A stretch of DNA of 58,001 nucleotides, counting the filler, from Blastocystis sp. subtype 4 (taxonomy: Eukaryota): the NCBI RefSeq assembly GCF_000743755.1. It is 3 parts of 3 records of this genome, joined end to end, with 100 filler letters (N's around TTAATTAATTAA, not from the genome) between each part and the next. Parts side by side here need not be neighbours in the genome. Positions count along the whole stretch, not along the records: positions 38,835 to 58,001 come from NW_014569334.1; 2 more parts are not named here. One strand, given 5' to 3'. A program made the translations under genes and the position numbers. The notes beneath the pieces were generated by a model. That model was not told where the DNA came from and did no database searches. It saw nothing but the letters and a program-made list of their open reading frames with translations. Shown here piece by piece: positions 49,251-58,001 of this stretch (within the stretch, counting starts at the first letter, position 1; each line of letters starts with the position of its first letter).

Positions 49251-50640
49251 ATCGAGTCCGAACTCTCAATACACAATTGCCCTTAATATTCATATCTTCA
49301 AATGATTTCCCTCTTGAATTCTAATAATTACGGTTCCTATAAGCAATCTACCTCATTTACAGTAATACGAGGCATCGTCATATACAACTCACTTAACTCG
49401 TTTTCCATATGATTATCATACATATCCAATTCCACTAAATCCAACAGAAAACCCACATCATCCGACAACAGGAAATTCCGTTGAAGTTTTGTTCCATCAG
49501 GATAAACTACTCTCAATCGAACTAATTCACCTTCATATAACTCATTCTAATAAGTTCATACCTTCTGTTGGTTCGATTGGAATATGTTCTCGAATCACCT
49601 CCATTCGCTCTGAACGAGTCGAATCTATAGGAGATACTATGGATTCTTCCGTCTCTTCTGCTGTTGCACTTTCCATCTGCGATTAAACACATCCTCAGAC
49701 TCTACCATTTGTCGATCTGCTTCTAACGCAGCTTCATATTCCCGTTGCTGTTGCTCTGCCAAACGACGGTTTTCTTCAATGCGTTGTCGCTATAAATCAG
49801 TTTATTGATCGAGTTTCTACTGCAAGTTCCTCTTCTTGGATTTCAGCGAGAGCACCAGATATTACGGTGTTCAGTGAAGTGAGGAACTGGTCAGCATTCA
49901 TTCCATCTACACCTCACAACTCAACAAAGATGATACTGGAATATCGAATGACTCCCAGAAGGGTTAGAGGTGAGGTCTCGTCCTTCTTCATCAGCATAAT
50001 AACAGTAGGTAGCTCCAAAATCGGGAAATTCATCTCCAAGAACTAACCGTCAAACAAATAGTAAATCTGTACTAACGAATAACCATACTTTGAAGTGACA
50101 TCACAACCCCAACAAACACAATCCTTTTTCAAGTATTCCACAACAGAAGGAGATGAAAGCACCCTATTCATCAATATCGCGTACAAATAACAACTTTTGA
50201 AAAGCTTCTTCATTTTCATGAAGAGGAGATGACATATAAACGAGAATCGGTTTCTGCTCAATTCGAGCAATTGTTACCTATCTTATCATAGAATACATGA
50301 GTCGTTACGGCATCCATAAGTGAAGAATCCATAAACTGGTTACAGTCTTCACCATGTTTCTCACGAAACATATTACTAAACTTCTTTCCCTCCGAATTTG
50401 ACTCGCTAATCAATGTTTCCTCATCTGAATCTCTTGCCTGAGGAGTAAATACAACTACATGTGATCTCTCTCAAGTCTCAGCAACAATCTGGAAATGTTG
50501 AAGATAATGTTGAAAATAAATTACTAAAAATATCAGCTACACTGTTCATTGTCAATTGATAGAGTGGTCAACCTTAGAATACAACTCCAAATTAGTTCCT
50601 TTTCAGGAATACCAGTATTTGTCCAGAATCTTCTGATGTA
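49251..50640 (-). CDS. FAF2/UBXD8-like UAS plus UBX domain protein (start uncertain)
   Basis: VLSSPSVVEYLKKDCVCWGCDV (UAS), RRLAEQQQREYEAALEADRQ and PDGTKLQRNF (UBX). Confidence 0.7.
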
Positions 50641-50736
50641 TGACGTCATCTTTTCTACAGTGAGCTATGTTAGCAAATATTGTAAAAGCTGCAATTCGTG
50701 ATCTTTTTGTGAATGAACTGATAATTAGGTTGCAAT

Positions 50737-51871
50737 ATGCCCCCATTCTTTGGAGTTGTTCGCTCTTTTTCTCAAGCTGTTGCAAAACCGAGACGTGTAT
50801 ATAAAGAGAAAGCTGTTTCAACAATAGAAAACAACGATCTCGACAATTCTCTCGAAGTACAGAAAAGGAGAAAAGCTTACAATGAGCACTGCATACTCCT
50901 ATCCAGAAGTAATAGCGATATTTTATTTCAATAATAGGCTATGCATGTGGATCAAGCTGGACTTGATATGATTCTTGTTGGCGATTCCGTTGGAATGACA
51001 GAAATGGGTTATTCGAGCACATTACCTGTTAATCTCGAAGATACTATTCTCTTTAGTAAGTGCGTATCTCGGTATGGTTTGAGGTTGTTTCTAAAACATA
51101 GTGGAGCAAAGTATCCTCTGATTATCGGAGATATGCCGTTTGGTTCGTATGAGGAGTCAATTTCTCAGTGTATTCATAATTGTATTCGTTTGACGAAGGA
51201 AGGAGGTGTGGATGGAGTCAAATTGGAAGGAGGTGTGCGTCGTCAGAAGGAGGCGAAAGCTCTTACTGACTGTGGAATTGCTGTAATGGGTCATATCGGT
51301 CTAACCCCGCAATCTGTTAATGTTTTAGGTGGATTCAAGATTCAAGGTAAATCCTGTATAGGTAATTAAGTGAGTTTCATGAGTAGTTGATGCCGTAATG
51401 AAATTAATCGAAGATGCCAAGGCTCTAGAAGAGGCTGGTTGCTTCTCGTTTGTTATTGAGTGCGTTCCTGAGATTGTGGGAACGATCATTACCAAGAGTG
51501 TTCATATTCCCTCTATTGGTATTGGAGCTGGTTCTGGATGTAGTGGACAAGTACTTGTATATCATGATATGTTGGGCTTGCTTGATCATCCTCTGAAGCC
51601 AAAAGTCCTAGAGATCTTTTGTATTCACTTGTAGAGTCCTCCGTCATTTTGCAAACAATATGGAAATATGGCAAAAGTGGCGCATGAGGGGTTGGTAAAT
51701 TTCAACAAGGATGTGAAGGAAAAACGATTCCCATCCCCTGAAAATTGCGCTTACAAGATTCCTGAAGGTGAAATGGAGAAGATCCAAGAATTGTTGGAAA
51801 GAGTATCCAAAGAGGTAGATATCGATCTGAGTAAGAATATTTCTGAAGGTGAAACAACGAAACTTTACTAG
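50737..51871 (+). CDS. panB: Ketopantoate hydroxymethyltransferase with an organellar presequence (spliced)
   Basis: LTMSTAYSYP, DMILVGDSVGM, IIGDMPFGSY, VKLEGG, VMGHIGLTPQ, IGIGAG...GQVLVYHDMLG. Confidence 0.92.
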
Positions 51872-51906
51872 ATCGAAGAGTGTTTGTTCATTAACTAATT
51901 GTAGCG

Positions 51907-52660
51907 ATGGAGGCAACTGCATTGATGCGAGAAGTGACATATCTGAGCAAAGATACAAAAGAATTGGCTGCAAATATGCTGAAACTCGAACCTGTTGCTG
52001 ATGTGGTAGTATTATCAGAGATATTATGACAGTAGTCTTTAGAAGAACATCTTACGTCAGATACTGCAGAGATTGCCCTATTATTGGAAAAGAGAGACGA
52101 ACTTGTTATGCGGTGTCTTGACCAATATCGGGATTCAATGGTTCAACATTCTATTGTTTATAATGAGTAGGATATAACTGAAGAGGGGATCAAGGAATCA
52201 ATTGTCACAAATATCGCTCATGAGCGAGCAGGAATAGATACATCTTATCACGAATTCTGCATTTCCTTTGCACAGATGACAAACATTGTTATTGATATTA
52301 TTCGTTCTCATTCTTTAGGCAAGACAGCCTCATGACCAAGATGAAGATATGGAAATTGGGGTGGTTGAAGCAAACCCAGAGAATCGTTTTAAATGTCCAA
52401 TCACTGGAGAACTATTTGAAAATCCTGTTAAGAAGTATAGGTAGGTGTGGAGATTGATTGATAGTGAATCTTGTGGTCACACATACAGTAAGGAAGGAAT
52501 TATGAACTACCTAAAGAAAAGGAGCTTTGCTGTGTGTCCTGTTGCTGGTTGTGACAAGACAGTTGATGTAAATTCACTAGTTCCTGATGAAGACATGGCT
52601 TGGAAAATGGTTTGAGATGGTTTGTGGGTTCATCTGTAGTCGCAACTCAATATAAAATAG
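51907..52660 (+). CDS. NSE2: NSE2/MMS21 SP-RING SUMO ligase-like
   Basis: FKCPITGELFENPVK..SCGHTYSKEGIMNYL...CPVAGC. Confidence 0.8.
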
Positions 52661-52723
52661 TCTGTATCTTTAGTTTGTATTTTCTTTAGCTTTCTATTTG
52701 TTGGAATAAATTGACTTGCTCTT

Positions 52724-54108
52724 ATGGAGGAGTATTTGAAGATGGTTGTTTCAGCACAGAAAGAGGATCTTGACGGTATTTCAAAGGATACTATGATCCG
52801 CAATCTAAGTTTATCTGAAACAATTGAGAAAGTATGTCGTTGTAATCAACATACATAATGGTAGATTTGTTCTACAAAGTCATCACTTCAATTGGAAGAA
52901 CTAGTAGTGTTATATCATACTATGGACTATGGTATTGATTCAACTTCACTAAAACATGGTGGGAACTGAGATTCACTTGTTATGTAGCTACAATTGTATT
53001 TATCTCGCTTATACTACGAAATCCAACATTTAAGAAGATGGACAGCGACACTCGGAAGTATATCTTCCAATACTGTGTGGAGAAGGGATATTCGGAATAC
53101 CTAAGCTCTGTACCTTTGTAGTGAATAGTTGATAATTTAGACAATGGCAAAAGAGTTGTATGCTACAAGTCATTGGAAATCTCTACAGGAGGAGCAGCTA
53201 ACAATCACAGATTTGCTTTCAACCGTTTTGTTTCACCCCCGGTTGTATACGATGGGAGAGTTACAGAACTGTTTCACTCGCTGGTCCTTGTCATCTTCTG
53301 CTATTCAGTTACAAACCAAAGCGAAGCTTCTGAATTCAACACTTCTGCGGCAGATGAACACTTCGTCAAAAGAATCCTTAGCTTCATTTACGCACCACTT
53401 TTCATCGTTGATGCATTCTGATTCTTCCATTCTTGTCCTGTCAACATCATTGGCTTATCGGATAGGATACTGCCGTTACCTCTTTTGTTCTTACCTTTAT
53501 TCCAGATTTGTCTGTCAAGTATTTAGGATCCATCGATGTTGACTCTCCTCTCAAAGAGAATTCTCTCCGTTATTATCTATGGAAGCAATTGGAGACGTAT
53601 ATCCTCAATCTGACATGGAGTGTCTTGAATGCTCCTCTTCATTATATGTAGGAACCCAAAGATAGCTACCGGGAATCCTCGGTTCTTGCACCATTTGTAT
53701 TGGTTTCTAATGTATATTCTCTGTTCTTTGCCTGTCACTACTCCTTTTCGTTCATGGAAGCTATTTCCCCGCTTGTTGTTCAAACATCTATTTGTCTGTT
53801 AGATACGTTAGCAATTATTGGGGAAATAAAGGATAGTACATATGAACTGAATGAGTATCTGGTGATTCTATGGAGTTGTCTGCTTCTCTGCTCTTCTGGT
53901 GAAAAACAAGTTCAATTTACAAAGAAATTACTCAAAATGGTAGAAGAGGGTATTCATGCTCCAGAAGGAAAGAAATGGTTTGATAAGTGTTTTAGTTAGA
54001 TGTGATGTGTTGCACTAGAGGTTCGTTTATTGTATGAAACACATAAAGACACTTCTGTAGGTGACAAGATTATTGAATGCACATCCCAAGGATACAACTA
54101 TTTGTAAC
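52724..54108 (+). CDS. Multi-exon helical protein of unknown function
   Basis: ATG at 52724. ORFs at 53144-53542 and 53700-53999 are joined by short introns. Confidence 0.45.
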
Positions 54109-54229
54109 ATATAATCCATATCACTTACAACAGAATTATCACTTCGATAGTCAACCACTTCAGAAGAAGAAATAGCCAACCATCTCACAACAATGTGAAA
54201 CTAGGCATTATAGAAAGAGTAGAAGAACA

Positions 54230-56121
54230 ACAGGATCTAAGATTGTAGCAATTTCAGCAAGATCGTAACAATCAAATCCTTTCTACATATCAATTCACGA
54301 ACCATGAGTAACAGAGCTATCTTGTGTTTGCACTGCAACAATATCTCCAACACGAGGAAGCCAACGTCGTGATACAGGAATGGATTGAAAGAACTGGTTT
54401 GGGTACACAAACTCTGGTGTAGTGGGGTCCGTTTCTTTGCTTAATCCACGATAATGGGTGAGCAAAATGAGAGGGATCAGAGCAACAGAGGGAACTAATT
54501 GCCAAGGAAGTTGTACAATCGATAATACGTGTTCTGTATCTTTCGAAAACTGTACTTTACATACATACACAAGACATCGTTGGAGAATGGTCAAAAGGAA
54601 TCTCTCAAAAAAAGGATGAAAGTACGCCCTACATTAACGATGGTGATTTCTGCCCATTCTTTAGATCCACCTTGGGATTGTTGTTTCAACTGTTCTAAGG
54701 AGACCAACGATCCTTGTTGGGATTGGGAAGCAAACAACATCTCAGCGAGCTGAATTTGGTTTTGATACGACTACACTTCAGTGCAATGATCAAGATTACC
54801 GGGATATGAACAGCCATAACATCTCCTTTTGAGCAATCTGTGAGTCTCTCATTATATTTACTCCAATAATTGAACATAAAGAGTCGTCTTCGAAGAGTGG
54901 AGAGAATCAGATCACTCACAGATCTCGGAAGATGCGAAGTATGAGCAGGCCGTTGTATCACCTCATTCTCTTGTTTCTTGATCAGCGAGAATAGAGATGG
55001 AAACTCAGTAGCGAGGTCGATTGAAGGTACAGATACCCACGAAATGTCATTCTTGTGTTTCTCATTATCTGAATCTTATAGAGGGTGAAATAGATACACA
55101 ATCGATACAACGAAGGAAATTCGGAACAAAGAAGGGTTTCAATGGATGGAGCTACAGGAATGGTTGTTTGTCGCTGTTTAAACTGATTGTCACAGTAGTT
55201 CAAGAGGCTTACGGGCAATACAGATACAGTGGGAATTGATTTTGGATTCTGCTGGATTCGAGGACGTTTATAATCTTCGGCAGTTTGAAATGTGATTTCC
55301 TTCTTTTGAAAAGCCTCCAGAAGCAATTGAGCAAGTCGGATCTTATTGATTCCTCGTGGAACAAACTTTGCATTTTGTGTAAGGATAAAAATGATATCGC
55401 GCATAGCTAGAGTTGAGGACATCATTAGATGAGACAGTATTCTTTTCGAATTGAATCTACTGTCAACGGCTTTCCACGAAGTCGATTGATAAGAAAGGCA
55501 TAATAACGTTCTTCCTCCAGAGGTTGGATTACTGGCAGTGGACTCAGAGAAGATGGTTTTCGCTTTCTCTGTTGCTTGGGTTGTTGCTCTTCCACAGAAG
55601 GAGCTTTTTCTTCACGAATTGCGGGAACCGTGACAGAAATGACGTTGTTGTCTTGTTCAACAGGCTGCGACAGTGGAGTTACTTGTTTCTGAATTTCATT
55701 TTCATCATTCTTGTTTTCAGACTCTGTTACAACGGGAATGGGCTGAGTTTGCTGTTTTACATTACCTTGAACATGGAGAACAGGTGTAGAATGAGAAGAT
55801 GTAGTCGATGGACTATTGAATGCTTCATTCAACTGAGATAGAAATTGAATTTGAGATGACTGCGGTACAGCCTTCTTGTTGCGAAGACTATAGAGAACAG
55901 GCTATGTCAGAATCCTTTCTTAGATATACTGATGTTTCAGATTCCGAAGCTGTTTCATTATCGCTTATTCGAGCTGAAGGTGTCAAACCAGTCTTATCAG
56001 ATGAGCCTTTTCTTGTTTGTACCGAGTCCATGTAGTTCGTAAATGTCAAACGTTTAGGATCTAAGCTTTACATCCATTGTAAGTGCAAAATACCATCCTC
56101 ATTCTCGATTATTCGGGGCAT
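54230..56121 (-). CDS. Multi-exon protein of unknown function (3' end uncertain)
   Basis: Chained minus-strand ORFs (55425-55832, 54982-55425, 54695-54961, 54295-54594) and an NLS-like QRKRKP. Confidence 0.45.
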
Positions 56122-56391
56122 GATTCTGTTTGATAGGAATTGCGAAGAAAGTACAAATTTGTAATTAGCTCATCCTTTTACATTGTTCTGTTTTGTTTAT
56201 TCGCGATAAACCATCCATCAATGATCCTACGGCTTGTCCTAAACACAAAACGTCTATTGTTTCCACATGCAAGTGGTCAGTTAAAGGCAAAGAGAGAAGG
56301 ATAGTTACGTTGTAGTTAATCATTCTTTACATTGTATTTGGTTTCGTAGACCAATTGTAACGAAATTTAGAAGGCTCGTTTAACAATGTAG

Positions 56392-58001
56392 ATGAATATC
56401 GTTCCTGTCCGTAACACTCTTCGGAGGACTCTTGCCATTGTGGCACCTGGAAATGTAGTCAATAAACTTTTCATGTGATTGTAGATACGTCAATTCTCGT
56501 TACCGGCAGTAACGGCTCATAGTTCTCAGTATGCCCTGTGGCTAATGAGATGGAAATACAGATATGGTAAACAAATAAGACAAATGCATACAAACCCCTC
56601 CAAAGAAGGCAAGGGTAGAAAGTTTCGGTTCTGTGTAATTTCGTTGTAGATGCTGCAGATTCCCTAAAAGAGTCTTCAAAGAATGCTGCAGAGAAGGACG
56701 TTGTAAGTGAAGTGAGAGAAAGCATCCAGAAGCAGAAAGAGATGGAGGACAAGTCATGGAATGCTGGATCTGAAGGTATGAAAGAACCATTTTTAATGAT
56801 ATTTTAGTTCCTAAGGATGTGAAAGAGTCCACTTCGTCAGATTCCTTTTCTGATGCGATGAACAATATGCTGAATGAAGGTGATATCCCTTCTTTCATGA
56901 AGAAGATTATGGGAAAGGAAAAGTCCACCTCAGCAAAGAATGGAGCGGAATCCATGGCAACTCCAGAAGAAGTGGATGCTTTTGTCAAAGAGGAGGAAGA
57001 GTTGATCAATCGTTGTGACAGTGCTGTAAAAGAGTTGGAGACAGGTCTCGAAAAGAAGACTCTTCCATTCTTTGTACGACCTATGGCCAAACAGTTAATA
57101 AACAATCTGAAATCCATTCGATCTAAAGCAGAGAGTCGTCTTTCGGAATTACGAAATCCTGAAGCAAAATCCAATGCTTCAGAAATGCGCTCTGAAATCA
57201 AATCGGGTGAGAACAGTGCTGGAGAAGGAAAACCTGAAGCCAGTAAGGCTGCAGCAAGTGAAACCACTACCAAGAAGGCTGCAGAGACTAGCAATGCTGG
57301 AGATGCTAAGGAGGCCAAATACTCCGAGAAGCCAAAAAGTGCCTCATCGAAACCGGAAGATGTGATGTCTGAGTTTATGAAAACACTGAAGAAGAATTTT
57401 ACTGGAGATAACAATGTTTGTTCATGGAAGGAGGTTAATGTGTAGAATGGATGGTCATCTCTCATCATCTATTCAGCTGTGTTCGCTGTCACATTAGCTC
57501 TCCTCAGTCGAGGTGGAGGCAACAATAATCACATTTCCTATGACGAATTTGTTAAGGAATTCTTATTGAAGGGAAATGTGAAAGAAATAATATTGACAGA
57601 AAAAGGACGGATTTATGTAGAAATCGTGGATGGTAGTTCTAGAGTGTGATCATGACATTCAGATTTCCAAGGAAGTAATGGAAAGACGTATTCAGCAAAG
57701 AAGGAGAATCAACCGATTCACTACAGTTTCGATGTTCCTGATACTGGTGACTTTATGAAGAATGTGGAGGAGATGCAACTGGAACTAGGACTTGCTCGTG
57801 AAGACTTCGTTCCCATGTCATATCGTACAGCGACTGTGGGGAACGATACAGTCTCCACATTGATCTCTCTTGCGATGTTTGTTTTGATTGCGAGCATGTT
57901 CTTCCCTCGGAAGGGAGGCATGAATAACATGATGTCCAAAGCCATGGGAATCGAACCCAAATCGATTGAGATTGTAAAGAATACTGGAGTAGAAATGAGA
58001 A
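56392..58001 (+). CDS. AFG3: m-AAA protease AFG3/paraplegin-like FtsH, N-terminal part (3'-partial)
   Basis: Presequence MNIVPVRNTLRR. ISYDEFVKEFLLKGNVKEI...YSFDVPDTGDFMKNVEEMQLELGL...VPMSY lies between two TMs and matches the FtsH_ext domain. Confidence 0.75.

Noticed and set aside
56542..57468. 308-aa minus-strand ORF
   Set aside because: Antisense shadow of the AFG3-like coding exons.

Overview
This is gene-dense eukaryotic nuclear DNA, almost certainly Blastocystis (anaerobic gut stramenopile). The evidence is about 30-nt GT-AG introns in most genes, very short intergenic spacers, and a TGTTTGTT element at gene 3' ends. About 30 genes can be read once introns are removed. They include a He_PIG surface protein, two GT61 glycosyltransferases, PP2A-B56, CNOT10, TAF7, a P/U-type cyclin, a SAM+SLC4 transporter and two divergent Hsp70-fold proteins. 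Also present are an EH-domain protein, an ankyrin protein, WDR55, UNC50, a Mei2-like RRM, RPT1, a MORN/LRR-type repeat protein, UBTD, agmatine deiminase, RCC1+TBC, NDUFS4, UBX, PanB, NSE2 and AFG3. The clearest system is polyadenylation-completed stop codons. In at least seven genes, cleavage 4 nt upstream of TGTTTGTT (or a one-base variant) leaves an in-frame T, TA or TG that poly(A) would turn into UAA or UGA. This is an established Blastocystis trait, and the ORF track misreads those C-termini. The most novel-looking item is an intronless ORF next to an assembly gap that resembles a Polinton/MELD-virus minor capsid (penton) protein. Two 100-bp N-pads containing TTAATTAATTAA are scaffolding linkers. 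Exon boundaries and many start codons were called by eye and are approximate.
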